Shown here: one piece after another, positions 17,045 to 27,851 of the stretch
Layout: every line of letters begins with the position of its first letter
How positions within the stretch are numbered: position 1 is the stretch's first letter
Assembly (NCBI GenBank): GCA_963661285.1
Contig: CAVLBF010000005.1
Coordinates: forward strand, 32,006 to 96,005
Origin: Bacteroidaceae bacterium
GTDB lineage: Bacteria; Bacteroidota; Bacteroidia; Bacteroidales; UBA932
Direction of reading: 5' to 3'
Length of the DNA stretch: 64,000 bases
Notes under the pieces: generated by a model
Told to the model about the DNA's origin: nothing
The model's input: only the letters and a program-made list of their open reading frames with translations
The model's database searches: none
Made by a program: the position numbers and the translations under genes

Positions 17045-19998
17045 TGAAAAAGATACTCTTGTTTTCACTCTCTATCCTGCTCTCTCTGAGCGCGTTTGCT
17101 CAGAGTTTCGGCGGCGGGATCAAGGCGGTTGTCGTCAGCCGTGGCGACCGTGTGCCGGTAGCGGGGGCGACGGTCGAAATCACAGCTGCGGACGGCTCTA
17201 CCCGCAGCCTCACGACCGCCGCGGACGGACTCTTCCTCTTCGAGTCGCTCGCCGACGGCAACTATTCGCTCAAGGTCAGCGCAGAAGACTTCCTGCCGGC
17301 TCAGGTCAACGTGACCGTCGAGGACGGGAAGCTTCGTGACCTGATGTTCGTCACCCTGTCGCGCAGCATAAGGGGCGAGGATGCCGATGCGTCCAGCTTC
17401 GCCGAATTCGACCTCGACGACAGCGGTTACTCCGACGCTCCGACCATCCTTTTCGGCTCCAACGATGTCTATACCAGCGTGGCCGGCTACGGATTCAGCG
17501 CGGTGCGCTTCAAGAACAGGGGGTACAACTCAGAGACCCAGGATGTCTATCTCGCCGGAGTGCCGCTCAACGACGCGCTCACGGGGTATTCTCCATATTC
17601 CCTCTGGACCGGGCTCAACGAGGCTATGCGCTCCAAGGATTCTTCCATAGGACTTCAGGGGTCCGACTACGGCAACGGGCGCTACAACGGCCTCACCAAC
17701 ATCGCAGCCGTGCCTACGGCGGTGCGCACCGGATGGAGATTCTCGGTTCTCTCCAATTCGGCCCTCTACAGGCTTCGCCTTATGGCTTCCTATGCCTCCG
17801 GCGAGCTTGACAATGGCTGGTCTTATGCCTTCAACGTCTCCACCCGTCTGGGCGGCAACGACTGGGTCGAGGGAGTTTACTATCGTGCGATTTCGGCCTA
17901 TGCCGGTGTGAGCAAGAAGTTCTCCGACGAGCACACTCTCTCCCTCATAGCTTTCGCGGCTCCGGGAGAACGCGGTGCGCAGAACGCTTCCACCCAGGAG
18001 GTCTACGACCTGATGGGCGACAATATGTACAACTCCAACTGGGGCTACCAGAACGGACGCGTGCGCAACTCCCGCGTGCGCAAGACTTTCGAGCCGGTGG
18101 TCGTCCTCAAGTACGACTATACCCCGAGCGAGGAGCTGAGCGCCGGAGCGACCCTGCTCTACCGCAGCGGCTACAACGGCTACACCGCGCTCGACTGGTA
18201 CGATGCCCAGGACCCGAGGCCGGACTACTACCGCAACCTCCCGTCGTACTACTATATGGAGGACAGTGACTACAATCGCGCCAATGAGGAGAAAGCCGAG
18301 TGGGCCCGCTATTCCTGGACTCACCACACTTCCGCGATGGCCAACTACCAGCACCTCAACTGGGACCGCCTCTATAATGTCAACTACTCCAGCGAGGGCG
18401 GGCGCAGCAAATATGCTCTGGAGGAGCGCCGCGTGGATCAGGATGACCTCAACCTCACGGGGAGCGTCAAGTGGCTGCCGAGCAATGAACTGACTCTCCG
18501 CGCCGGCGCGAACTTCAAGCTCAACAGGACAGAGAACTACAAGAAGCTCAACGACCTCCTCGGGGGGCAGTACTATCTCAACATCGACTCTTTCGCGGAG
18601 CGCGACTTCGCTTCCAACGAGGCTCTCGTGCAGAACGACCTCGACTACTTCTTCGCACACGGCAACACCGCAGAGCAGATTGCGCAGGGCGGCAAGTACG
18701 GCTACGACTATCTTGCGCAGATACGACGCGCAAAGATCTGGGCGAGCGGGACTTACGCCCGCGGCCCTCTGACCGTGAACCTCTCCGGAGACCTCGGATA
18801 TGAGGCTTTCTGGAGAGACGGACTCGTGCGCAAGGGCCTCTTTGCGGGACTTGACGACAAGGGCAATGAAATCAGCTATCAGGGCCGCGTGCTCACAAGC
18901 TACGACAGCAAGGGCAACGTGATAAGCTCCAAGGGCAAGTCCGCCGTCAGCCGCTTCGTCACCGGAGCGGTGAAGTTCGGCGCGTCCTACGACCTCAAGG
19001 CCGGACACCGCTTCTCAGTCAACGCAGGCTGGTTCAACGACGCTCCGACATTCAATCAGGCTTTCATCTCCGCCCGCACCCGCAACTCTCTCGTGGAGGG
19101 CCTCACCACGACCAAGACCCTCTCCGCCGACGTCAACTACCAGTACAGCGGCACCGACGGCATCAATCTCCGCCTGACCGGTTTCTACACCGGCATCAAG
19201 GACCAGAGCGACGTGATGAGCTTCTATGACGACTCGCAGAACTCGTTCACCAATTTCGCGATGACGGGCATCGACCAGCGGCACATAGGAGTGGAGCTCG
19301 GGGCCAAGGTCCCTCTCTTCGTCAGCGGCTTGAGCGCCAGCGCCGTGGTCAGCTACGGCAACTACTGCTATACCAGCAACCCTCATATGGTGCAGACCGT
19401 GGACAACAGCGCCGAAATCATCCGCGACGACGAGGTGCCTTATTGGAAGAGCCACCCTCTCTACAAGGTCGCCGGCTACTCTGACGACGGCAGCCCTATC
19501 TACGATTTGGATGCCGACGGCAACTACATCATCACCGGCTGGAAGCAGCACTATGTGCCTTCCACCCCTCAGCTCGCCACCGAACTCGCGCTCAACTACC
19601 GTACTTCAAGCTACTGGTTCTTCGAGCTCAACGGACAGTATTTCGCAAGGACCTACCTCGATATGAACCCGCTCTACAGGACGAGCTTCGCCTGCAGCGG
19701 CGGCGACGGGGTCGAGACCCCGCAGGAAGTCGAGTATATGGCCGCTCAGGAGGAGTTCAGCCCGTATTTCCTGCTCAACTGCAGCATCGGCAAGAGCTGG
19801 TATATCAACCGCAAGTACAACTTCGGCTTCTCGCTGGAGGTCAAGAATATGCTCAACAACCGTTCGGTACGCACCGGCGGCTACGAGCAGACGCGACTTA
19901 TCAGCAGCTACGGCAAGGACCGCTACTACCGCTTCGACCCGAAATACTTCTATATGCAGGGAGCCAATTATATGTTGAACCTCTATTTCAGATTCTAA
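17041..19998 (+). CDS. TonB-dependent receptor-like outer-membrane protein (non-SusC type)
   Basis: Signal peptide, carboxypeptidase-regulatory-like N-domain, plug-like RFKNRGYNSE, C-terminal YMLNLYFRF. Confidence 0.85.
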   Translation: MMKKILLFSLSILLSLSAFAQSFGGGIKAVVVSRGDRVPVAGATVEITAADGSTRSLTTAADGLFLFESLADGNYSLKVSAEDFLPAQVNVTVEDGKLRDLMFVTLSRSIRGEDADASSFAEFDLDDSGYSDAPTILFGSNDVYTSVAGYGFSAVRFKNRGYNSETQDVYLAGVPLNDALTGYSPYSLWTGLNEAMRSKDSSIGLQGSDYGNGRYNGLTNIAAVPTAVRTGWRFSVLSNSALYRLRLMASYASGELDNGWSYAFNVSTRLGGNDWVEGVYYRAISAYAGVSKKFSDEHTLSLIAFAAPGERGAQNASTQEVYDLMGDNMYNSNWGYQNGRVRNSRVRKTFEPVVVLKYDYTPSEELSAGATLLYRSGYNGYTALDWYDAQDPRPDYYRNLPSYYYMEDSDYNRANEEKAEWARYSWTHHTSAMANYQHLNWDRLYNVNYSSEGGRSKYALEERRVDQDDLNLTGSVKWLPSNELTLRAGANFKLNRTENYKKLNDLLGGQYYLNIDSFAERDFASNEALVQNDLDYFFAHGNTAEQIAQGGKYGYDYLAQIRRAKIWASGTYARGPLTVNLSGDLGYEAFWRDGLVRKGLFAGLDDKGNEISYQGRVLTSYDSKGNVISSKGKSAVSRFVTGAVKFGASYDLKAGHRFSVNAGWFNDAPTFNQAFISARTRNSLVEGLTTTKTLSADVNYQYSGTDGINLRLTGFYTGIKDQSDVMSFYDDSQNSFTNFAMTGIDQRHIGVELGAKVPLFVSGLSASAVVSYGNYCYTSNPHMVQTVDNSAEIIRDDEVPYWKSHPLYKVAGYSDDGSPIYDLDADGNYIITGWKQHYVPSTPQLATELALNYRTSSYWFFELNGQYFARTYLDMNPLYRTSFACSGGDGVETPQEVEYMAAQEEFSPYFLLNCSIGKSWYINRKYNFGFSLEVKNMLNNRSVRTGGYEQTRLISSYGKDRYYRFDPKYFYMQGANYMLNLYFRF

Positions 19999-20003
19999 GG
20001 CAT

Positions 20004-21140
20004 ATGCAAAAGTCACTTATCATATTGGCATCTCTCGCCCTGCTCGCGTCGTGCCAGAGCCTCAAGGAGGAGTTCCAGCCGGTGCTTCCCGGGGGATACG
20101 ATAATCCCGCCAAGGAGCAGCCGGTGAAGATGACGGCCACGCATACTATTGCGCAGCTCGCGGCCAGGTACAAGACCGGTTCGCCGTGGGTGATGGACGA
20201 GAACATCGTCATCTCCGGCGTAGTCAGCACTACCGACCGCCCCGGCAACTTCTACAAGAGTTTCTATATCCAGGACGAGACCGGCGGCATCGAGATAAAG
20301 GTCGGCAAGAACGGCCTCTACAACGACTACAGGCAGGGGCAGAGAATCTATGTGGACTGCAGGGACCTCTCTCTGGGGATGTACGGCTACAAGAGCGGCG
20401 CCGCCTACGGCAACGGTATGGTCCAGATAGGCTTCAAGGACCCTTCCGGGGAATACGAGACCTCGTATCTCGAGTCCACGCTGCTCATCAACAGCCATAT
20501 ATTCAAGGGCGAAGTCGAGGGAGTTCCGAACCCTGTGGAGGTCTCCGAGAGCCAGATCCCGGGCAACAGCGCCACGCAGGCGACCGACCACAACGTCGGC
20601 AAGCTCGTCACCGTCAAGAACCTCTACTACAGCTGGTACGACTCCCGCTACAAGGAGACGAACGAGGCGTTCGTGCTGCTCTACCTCGACTCCAACAAGG
20701 ACAAGAAACTCTCTTCCAACCGCATCTTCATCTCCGGCGAGAATACCGGCATCACCACCTGGGCTATGTCCAAGTCGAAGATGAGCGAGTATCTCCTTTC
20801 CGGCATATGGGACGAGGTCAAGATAGGCAACGCCAACGACCAGACCTACGGTACGGTAGGCGACCACAGGGTCGTGGATGCCGCCGGGGATGTCTCTTAC
20901 CCGGACATCGAAAAGGCCGCCGGCTCGGTGAGCCACTACTTCTCCACCAAGCAGGGCGGCAAGGGAGTCTGCGTGCAGATCCGCACCAGCGGCTACTCCA
21001 AGTTCGGGGATACCGAGATACCGGAAGCCGTGCTCAAGGGCGAGAAATCCATCAACGTCACCGGCATCCTCTCGCTCTATCAGGGCAAGGTGCAGATGGT
21101 CGTGAACAGTTTAGACGATATCACAGTTAACGAGCAGTAG
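20004..21140 (+). CDS. DUF5689-like OB-fold lipoprotein
   Basis: Lipobox LASC; ISGVVSTTDRPGNFYKSFYIQDETGGIEI...YRQGQRIYV; RTSGYSKF...GILSLY. Confidence 0.75.
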   Translation: MQKSLIILASLALLASCQSLKEEFQPVLPGGYDNPAKEQPVKMTATHTIAQLAARYKTGSPWVMDENIVISGVVSTTDRPGNFYKSFYIQDETGGIEIKVGKNGLYNDYRQGQRIYVDCRDLSLGMYGYKSGAAYGNGMVQIGFKDPSGEYETSYLESTLLINSHIFKGEVEGVPNPVEVSESQIPGNSATQATDHNVGKLVTVKNLYYSWYDSRYKETNEAFVLLYLDSNKDKKLSSNRIFISGENTGITTWAMSKSKMSEYLLSGIWDEVKIGNANDQTYGTVGDHRVVDAAGDVSYPDIEKAAGSVSHYFSTKQGGKGVCVQIRTSGYSKFGDTEIPEAVLKGEKSINVTGILSLYQGKVQMVVNSLDDITVNEQ

Positions 21141-21141
21141 T

Positions 21142-23142
21142 ATGAACAAGTTTCTTTCAATCGCGGCAATCGCAATCGCTATGACAGCCTGCAGCAGAAC
21201 CAATCCATTCCTCACGGAGTGGGACACCCCTTACGGAATACCTCCGTTCGACAAGATACGCACCTCTGACTATATCCCGGCAATCAAGGCCGGCATCGAG
21301 GAGCAGAACGCGGAAATCGAGGCCATCGTCTCAAACCCCGACGCGCCGACGTTCGACAACACCATCGCCCCGCTGGAACTCTCCGGACGGACACTCAGCA
21401 AGGTGCAGGGCGTGCTCTTCAACATCAGCGAGACTGACCGCAGCGACGCTCTTGACGCGGTGCAGGACGAGGCCATCCCGATGCTCAGCGCCCACAGCGA
21501 CAACATCTCCTTCAACAAGGCCCTCTACCGGCGCGTGGCCGCAGTCTACGGGGCCGACCAGTCCGCGCTCACTCGCGAGCAGCAGATGGTTCTCAAGAAG
21601 AACTTCGACAGCTTCGAGCGTGAGGGCATCGGCCTTCCCGAGGCCGATCAGGATAAGCTCCGCGAGATCAACTCCCGTATGGCAGAACTGACCCAGAAGA
21701 TAGGCAACAACATCCTCGCCGAGTCCAACGCGTTCAGCGAGAAGTTCGGCTTCAGCGTGTCCGCCTACTCCGACAGGATGACCTCCACCGAAGACCGCGA
21801 GCTGCGCCGTCAGTACAATGAGGCCTACACCAGTCGCGGGCACAGGGGCAACGCCAACGACAACGGCGCGCTCATCCTTGAGCTCGTCTCTCTCCGCACG
21901 CAGAAAGCCAAGATTCTCGGCTACAACTCTTCAGCCGCCTACACCCTCGCCAACAAGATGGCCGCGAACCCGGAGACCGTGGACGCGTTCCTCGCCGGGA
22001 TAATGAAGGCGGCGGTCGCCAAGGCGAAGGTTGAACTTGCCGATATGCAGGCAGTTATGAACCAGGATATCAAGGACGGCAAACTCCCTGCGGGTTCGAA
22101 GATCGAGCCTTGGGACTGGTGGTACTACGCCGAGCGGGTGCGCAAGGCCAAGTATGACCTCGACGAATCCGTCACCAAGCCTTACTTCAAGATAGACAAT
22201 GTGGTGAACGGCATCTTCATAGCCGCCAAGACCCTCTACGGAGTCAATATGGAGAAGCTCGAAGGCGTGCCTTCCTACAACCCCGAGAAGGTCACGACCT
22301 ACAAGGTCAGCGCGGAGGACGGCTCGCTGCTAGGCATATTCACCACCGACTACTTCCCTCGCGCGAGCAAGAGGGGCGGCGCGTGGATGAACAACATCCG
22401 CGAGCAGTATGTGGACGCTGAGGGCAACGAAGTGCACCCGATCATCGTCAATGTGGGCAATCTCTCCGAATACCTGAGCATCGACGAGGTGCAGACCGTG
22501 TTCCACGAGTTCGGCCACGCCCTGCACGGACTTCTGACAAAGTGTCACTACCCGTCCGTCAGCGGCACCAACGTGACGCGCGACTTCGTGGAGATGTTCT
22601 CGCAGTTCAACGAGAACTGGGCGTTCCAGCCTGAACTCCTCGCGCAGTACGCCATAAACGGCGACGGAGAGGTCATCCCGGCGGAGCTGGTGGCCAAGAT
22701 CAACAACGCCCTCAAGTTCAACCAGGGCTTCACTACCACTGAACTCTGCGCCGCGTCCATCCTCGATATGAAGTGGCACGAGCTTGGCAGTGTGGAGGGC
22801 GTCGACATCGACGCGTTCGAGAAGAAGGTCGCCGCCGAGATCGGTCTCATCCCCGAGATTACGTTCCGCTACCGGAGCACCTACTTCAACCATATCTTCG
22901 GCGGCAGCGGCTACAACTCCGGCTACTACGGATATCTCTGGGCGGAGGTGCTCGACAAGGATGCGTTCAGCGTGTTCGAGGCGTCCCCGAACGGGGTGTG
23001 GGACATCGCTCTGGCGAAGAAGTTCAAGGAGACCTTCCTTGAGAAGGGAGGCTCAGAAGAGCCTATGGTACTCTACAAGTCCTTCACCGGGCGCGAGCCG
23101 GACTCCTCCGCGATGCTTCGCGGCAGAGGTCTGATTGACTGA
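21142..23142 (+). CDS. M3 family metallopeptidase (peptidyl-dipeptidase Dcp-like), lipoprotein
   Basis: Lipobox MTAC; KRGGAWM, FHEFGHALH, RDFVE, GYYGYLWAEVLD. Confidence 0.9.
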   Translation: MNKFLSIAAIAIAMTACSRTNPFLTEWDTPYGIPPFDKIRTSDYIPAIKAGIEEQNAEIEAIVSNPDAPTFDNTIAPLELSGRTLSKVQGVLFNISETDRSDALDAVQDEAIPMLSAHSDNISFNKALYRRVAAVYGADQSALTREQQMVLKKNFDSFEREGIGLPEADQDKLREINSRMAELTQKIGNNILAESNAFSEKFGFSVSAYSDRMTSTEDRELRRQYNEAYTSRGHRGNANDNGALILELVSLRTQKAKILGYNSSAAYTLANKMAANPETVDAFLAGIMKAAVAKAKVELADMQAVMNQDIKDGKLPAGSKIEPWDWWYYAERVRKAKYDLDESVTKPYFKIDNVVNGIFIAAKTLYGVNMEKLEGVPSYNPEKVTTYKVSAEDGSLLGIFTTDYFPRASKRGGAWMNNIREQYVDAEGNEVHPIIVNVGNLSEYLSIDEVQTVFHEFGHALHGLLTKCHYPSVSGTNVTRDFVEMFSQFNENWAFQPELLAQYAINGDGEVIPAELVAKINNALKFNQGFTTTELCAASILDMKWHELGSVEGVDIDAFEKKVAAEIGLIPEITFRYRSTYFNHIFGGSGYNSGYYGYLWAEVLDKDAFSVFEASPNGVWDIALAKKFKETFLEKGGSEEPMVLYKSFTGREPDSSAMLRGRGLID

Positions 23143-23164
23143 AAGTTAGTTGGTATATATAAAA

Positions 23165-24685
23165 ATGAACAGAAAAGTACTTTTGATGATTCTCGACGGC
23201 TGGGGCGAAGGCAGGCACGACCGCTCGAACGCTATCTACACGCAGGGTGCGCCGTACATCGATTCCCTCCGCGCGAAGTATCCTATGGCCCATCTGCACG
23301 CCTGCGGCGAGTATGTGGGTCTGCCTGACGGACAGATGGGCAACTCCGAGGTGGGACATATGAACCTCGGCGCGGGCCGCGTCGTCTATCAGGACCTCGT
23401 GAAGATAAATATCGCCTGCCGCGAGCATAAGCTGCTCGACAACAAGGAGATACGAGCCGCGTACGACTATGTGAAGAAGAGCGGCGGGAAGCTCCACTTC
23501 TTCGGACTCTGCTCCCACGGCGGAGTGCACTCCTCACTCGACCACCTCTACGAGTTCCTCGCGGTGGCAAAGCAGGAGGGCCTCGACAAGGTCTATGTCC
23601 ATTGCTTTATGGACGGGCGCGACACCGACCCGCACAGCGGGCTGGGATTCGTCAGCGAACTTGAGGAGAAGATGGCGCAGACCACCGGCAAGGTGGCTTC
23701 CGTCTGCGGAAGATTCTACGCGATGGACCGCGACAAGCGCTGGGCCCGTGTCAAGGAGGCCTACGATATGCTCGTCGAGGGCAAGGGGGCGGAGTTCACT
23801 TCCGCCACCGCCGCCATCAAGGCTTCCTACGACGATGGGGTGACCGACGAGTTCATCAAGCCTGTAGTCATAACCGAGGGCGGCAAGCCGCTTGCCAAGG
23901 TCGAGGAGGGGGATGCGGTGATATTCTTCAACTTCCGCAACGACCGCGCCCGCGAGCTCACGGCCGTACTGACCCAGAACGATATGCCGGAGGAGGGAAT
24001 GCACACCCTTCCTCTCTACTACTGCTGCCTCACCCCATACGACGCTTCCTTCAAGGGCGTGCATATCCTCTTCGACAAGGAGGAGGTCAAGGACACCCTC
24101 GGCGAGACAGTCGCCAAGGCCGGCAAGAGGCAGCTGCGCATCGCCGAGACCGAGAAGTACGCCCACGTGACGTTCTTCTTCAACGGCGGCAGGGAGACTC
24201 CGTTCGAGAATGAGGACCGCATCCTCGTCAATTCTCCGAAGGTCGCCACTTACGACCTGCAGCCGGAGATGAGCGCGATTGAAGTTACTGACAAGCTCTG
24301 CGGGGCCATCCGCTCCGAGAAGGAGGATATGATTATCCTCAACTTCGCCAACGGAGATATGGTGGGCCATACCGGCGTTTATGATGCCATCTGCAACGCC
24401 GTGGGCTGCATCGACGGCTGCGTTGAGGCAGTCGTGACCGCCGCTCTCGCGCACGGCTATGTGGTGCTGCTCACCGCCGACCACGGCAACGCCGACCACG
24501 CCGTCAACGACGACGGCACTCCGAATACCGCGCACTCCCTCAACCTTGTGCAGTTCATAGTGATAGGTGCGGGCGAGGAGGTGAAGAGCGTCAAGGACGG
24601 CGCCCTCTGCAACGTGGCCCCGACCATACTCAAGCTGATGGGCATCCCTCAGCCGGAGGCGATGACAGCGGAGCCGCTCATATAA
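23165..24685 (+). CDS. gpmI: 2,3-bisphosphoglycerate-independent phosphoglycerate mutase
   Basis: [46 protein letters not shown]. Confidence 0.97.
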   Translation: MNRKVLLMILDGWGEGRHDRSNAIYTQGAPYIDSLRAKYPMAHLHACGEYVGLPDGQMGNSEVGHMNLGAGRVVYQDLVKINIACREHKLLDNKEIRAAYDYVKKSGGKLHFFGLCSHGGVHSSLDHLYEFLAVAKQEGLDKVYVHCFMDGRDTDPHSGLGFVSELEEKMAQTTGKVASVCGRFYAMDRDKRWARVKEAYDMLVEGKGAEFTSATAAIKASYDDGVTDEFIKPVVITEGGKPLAKVEEGDAVIFFNFRNDRARELTAVLTQNDMPEEGMHTLPLYYCCLTPYDASFKGVHILFDKEEVKDTLGETVAKAGKRQLRIAETEKYAHVTFFFNGGRETPFENEDRILVNSPKVATYDLQPEMSAIEVTDKLCGAIRSEKEDMIILNFANGDMVGHTGVYDAICNAVGCIDGCVEAVVTAALAHGYVVLLTADHGNADHAVNDDGTPNTAHSLNLVQFIVIGAGEEVKSVKDGALCNVAPTILKLMGIPQPEAMTAEPLI

Positions 24686-24691
24686 TAGAGA

Positions 24692-25555
24692 ATGTACAAA
24701 TTTGACCCGATAGTCAAGACTCTGGTCTGGGGCAGCGAAAAGTGGGTGCTTTCCGCTGTCCCCGGCTCCGAGTCCACGGTATCCGAAGGTCCGGAAAAAG
24801 GCCGCAAAATCACAGAGCTTTATCCGGGGACTTTCCCGCTTCTGATCAAGTTCATCGACGCGAAGCGGGATTTGAGCATACAGGTTCACCCCGATGACGA
24901 GCTAGCCGCCAAGCGCCACAACTGCAGCGGCAAGACCGAGATGTGGTATGTAATCCGCGCGGAGGAGGGGGCGAAGCTGTTGAGCGGCTTCAGCCGCCGG
25001 ATCGGGCCGGAGCAGTACGAGGAGTTGGTGCGCAGAGACGAAATCGTCTCCGTGCTCGCTTCCCACGAGGTGCACGGTGGGGATGTGTTCTTCCTCCCGG
25101 CGGGCAGGGTCCACGCAATCGGAGCGGGCTGCTATCTCGCTGAGATTCAGCAGACTTCAGATATCACATACCGTATCTACGACTACAATCGTCCGGGGCT
25201 TGACGGCAAGCCGCGCCCGCTGCATACCGCCCTCGCCAAGGATGCCATCGACTACAGGGTCTATCCGGATTACCGCACCCATTATGCCCCGCGCAGAGAC
25301 GCGGAGGTCACGCTCGTGGACTGCCCGTACTTCAGGACCGGCCTGCTGGAACTGGACACTCCCTACGAGAGGAGTCTTTCCGACTGCACGGACTTCATAG
25401 TCCTGATATGCGTCGATGGAGAGGGCCGGGTAAGCTCCTCCGGGTCGACTCTCGGCCTCAAGGCGGGGGAGACCGTGCTTGCGTTCGCTTCCGAGGGGGA
25501 GCTCCGCATCGAGCCTTCCGGTCAGGGAATGAAACTGCTCACGGCAGTAAAATAA
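24692..25555 (+). CDS. manA: Mannose-6-phosphate isomerase, class I
   Basis: FPLLIKFIDA, LSIQVHP, GKTEMWY, PAGRVHAIG, EIQQTSDITYR. Confidence 0.9.
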   Translation: MYKFDPIVKTLVWGSEKWVLSAVPGSESTVSEGPEKGRKITELYPGTFPLLIKFIDAKRDLSIQVHPDDELAAKRHNCSGKTEMWYVIRAEEGAKLLSGFSRRIGPEQYEELVRRDEIVSVLASHEVHGGDVFFLPAGRVHAIGAGCYLAEIQQTSDITYRIYDYNRPGLDGKPRPLHTALAKDAIDYRVYPDYRTHYAPRRDAEVTLVDCPYFRTGLLELDTPYERSLSDCTDFIVLICVDGEGRVSSSGSTLGLKAGETVLAFASEGELRIEPSGQGMKLLTAVK

Positions 25556-25573
25556 TATATACTTTGTGTCATT

Positions 25574-27610
25574 ATGGACAGAAAAGGAAACAAGAACAGA
25601 AGCAGAAACTCAAGACATAGAGGCGGACATCAGGCCCGCCATAAGGAATTCCCGCAATACACCGGGAAAGTCCAGATGACCAGAGAGGGATTTATCTTCG
25701 TGCTGGTTGAAGGAGAGGAGGAAGACATATTCGTGAAAGCGTCCAAGACCCGTCACGCGCTCGACGGCGACACGGTGAGGGTTGCGGTCACCCGAGAAAA
25801 AGGCAAGGGTGAGGACAAGCGCCGCGAGGGCGAGGTGGTGGAGATATTGGAGCGCTCCCGCAAGCCGTTCGTCGGCATTCTGCACAGCGTGGGACAGCAG
25901 GCCTGGGTGCTGATGCAGAGCCGCTCGATGCCCTATGACATAGAGGTTGACCCGGAGGAGGCCGCCCGTCTCGGGGCCGTGTCCGGGATGAAGGTCGCCG
26001 CAGTCGTGGACCGCTGGGACCGCAAGGACGTCAGCCCTCACGGACATCTCACCGATGTGCTCGGAGAGCCTGGCAAGAACGACACCGAGATGCACGTGAT
26101 ACTCGCCGAATTCAATCTCCCGTACCGCTTCGACAAGGAGGTGGAGGATGCGGCCGACCTGATCCCCGACACCATAGGGCCGGAGGAGCTCAAGGGCAGG
26201 CGGGATTTCCGCGACACGCTCACCTTCACCATTGACCCGGACGATGCCAAGGACTTTGACGATGCGCTCTCGTTCCGCAAGCTGGACAACGGCAATTATG
26301 AAGTGGGCGTGCATATCGCCGATGTGTCTTATTATGTGAAGCCGGGTACGCCTGTGGACAGGGAGGCCCGCGACAGGGGCACTTCAGTCTACCTTGTGGA
26401 CCGCACGGTGCCTATGCTGCCGGAGAAGCTCTGCAACAAGCTCTGCTCGCTCCGTCAGGACGAAGAGAAGCTGACGTTCTCCACCGTGTTCGAGATTTCT
26501 CCACGCGCCGACGTCAAGTCGCGCTGGATCGGACGTACCGTCATCAAGTCTGACCGCCGCCTGACCTACGACCAGGCTCAGGCATATATCGAGGCCGACA
26601 ACGTCCCGGAAGGCGACGCTCTCGCCGAGGCCGTAGTGACTCTCAACGCCCTCGCCGCCAAGTTCAAGGCCAAGGCACGCAAGGCCGGGGCTATCGACTT
26701 CGACCGTCCCGAGATGAAGGTGGAGGTGGACGCGGAGGGCCGTCCGGTCAATGTATATGAGAAGATTTCCAAGGAGGCCAACTGGCTCGTGGAGGAGTTT
26801 ATGCTGCTCGCCAACAGGACCGTCGCGGAGTATGTGGCGACGGGCGGCAAGATGAACGGAGTGGCGCTCAAGAAAGCCAAGACCTTCGTCTATCGTGTCC
26901 ACGGCGAGCCTAATGAGGAGAAACTCCAGGGCCTGCTGACATTCGCCAAGGGCTTCGGGCACAAGATAGCTCCGGACTCTCCGCTCAGCGGCCGTGGAGC
27001 GGCCAGGACGCTCAGCGGTCTGCTCGACTCGGCCAAGGGCAAGCCTGAATTCGCCGCGATGGAGAACCTCGCGCTCCGCGCTATGGCCAAGGCCTGCTAC
27101 AGTACCGACAACATCGGCCACTACGGTCTCGCGTACAGGTTCTACACCCACTTCACCTCCCCGATCCGCCGCTATCCCGACCTGATGGTGCACAGGCTTC
27201 TTGCGCTCTATCTCGTCGGCGGCGAAAGCCCGAAGAAGGAGCAGTTCGAGGAGGAGTGCAAGTATGCATCCGCCCGCGAGGTGGTCGCAGCCGATGCCGA
27301 GCGCACTTCCATCAAGTATAAGCTCGTGGAGTTTATGCAGGACAAGCTGGGGCAGGAGTACGACGGGACTGTGTCAGGCGTGACGGAATGGGGGATGTAT
27401 GTGGAGGTGGAGCCGACCAAGATCGAGGGTATGGTGCCGCTCCGGGAGATCAAGTCGGATTTCTTCGTCTTCGACGAGGCGAGATACCGCCTTGTAGGCA
27501 GACGCAGCCATAAGGTGTACCGTCTCGGCGACAAGGTGAGGGTCAAGGTCAAGAACGCCAACCTTGAGCAGAGGCTGCTCGACTACGAACTTATCGAAAC
27601 CAACAAGTGA
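25574..27610 (+). CDS. rnr: Ribonuclease R
   Basis: TIDPDDAKDFDDALS, VEEFMLLAN, YTHFTSPIRRYPD, C-terminal S1 domain. Confidence 0.95.
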   Translation: MDRKGNKNRSRNSRHRGGHQARHKEFPQYTGKVQMTREGFIFVLVEGEEEDIFVKASKTRHALDGDTVRVAVTREKGKGEDKRREGEVVEILERSRKPFVGILHSVGQQAWVLMQSRSMPYDIEVDPEEAARLGAVSGMKVAAVVDRWDRKDVSPHGHLTDVLGEPGKNDTEMHVILAEFNLPYRFDKEVEDAADLIPDTIGPEELKGRRDFRDTLTFTIDPDDAKDFDDALSFRKLDNGNYEVGVHIADVSYYVKPGTPVDREARDRGTSVYLVDRTVPMLPEKLCNKLCSLRQDEEKLTFSTVFEISPRADVKSRWIGRTVIKSDRRLTYDQAQAYIEADNVPEGDALAEAVVTLNALAAKFKAKARKAGAIDFDRPEMKVEVDAEGRPVNVYEKISKEANWLVEEFMLLANRTVAEYVATGGKMNGVALKKAKTFVYRVHGEPNEEKLQGLLTFAKGFGHKIAPDSPLSGRGAARTLSGLLDSAKGKPEFAAMENLALRAMAKACYSTDNIGHYGLAYRFYTHFTSPIRRYPDLMVHRLLALYLVGGESPKKEQFEEECKYASAREVVAADAERTSIKYKLVEFMQDKLGQEYDGTVSGVTEWGMYVEVEPTKIEGMVPLREIKSDFFVFDEARYRLVGRRSHKVYRLGDKVRVKVKNANLEQRLLDYELIETNK

Positions 27611-27614
27611 TATT

Positions 27615-27851
27615 ATGTCAAAGGATTCATCATTGCTCACATTCGCTGCCGGAGTGGCGGCGGGCGTGCTGGTGGCGGCCCTTGCCAGGACTGAAGAAGG
27701 CCGTGCAATCAGGACCAAGGTAAAATCCACCGTTCTGGACGGGCTCGACCGTCTTGACGACCTGCTCGCGAAGAAGACTGACGACGAGTTCGAGGCCGGC
27801 TTCGAGGACGAAGAGGAGCAGGAGGATGCTCCCGTAACAGAGGAAGCGTGA
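27615..27851 (+). CDS. Small YtxH-like protein
   Basis: N-terminal FAAGVAAGVLVAALA followed by an amphipathic, acidic tail. Confidence 0.55.
   Translation: MSKDSSLLTFAAGVAAGVLVAALARTEEGRAIRTKVKSTVLDGLDRLDDLLAKKTDDEFEAGFEDEEEQEDAPVTEEA

Noticed and set aside
21142..27610. Peptidase, gpmI, manA and rnr as part of the nucleic-acid locus
   Set aside because: Co-oriented and close, but ordinary housekeeping functions; nothing beyond adjacency supports a link.
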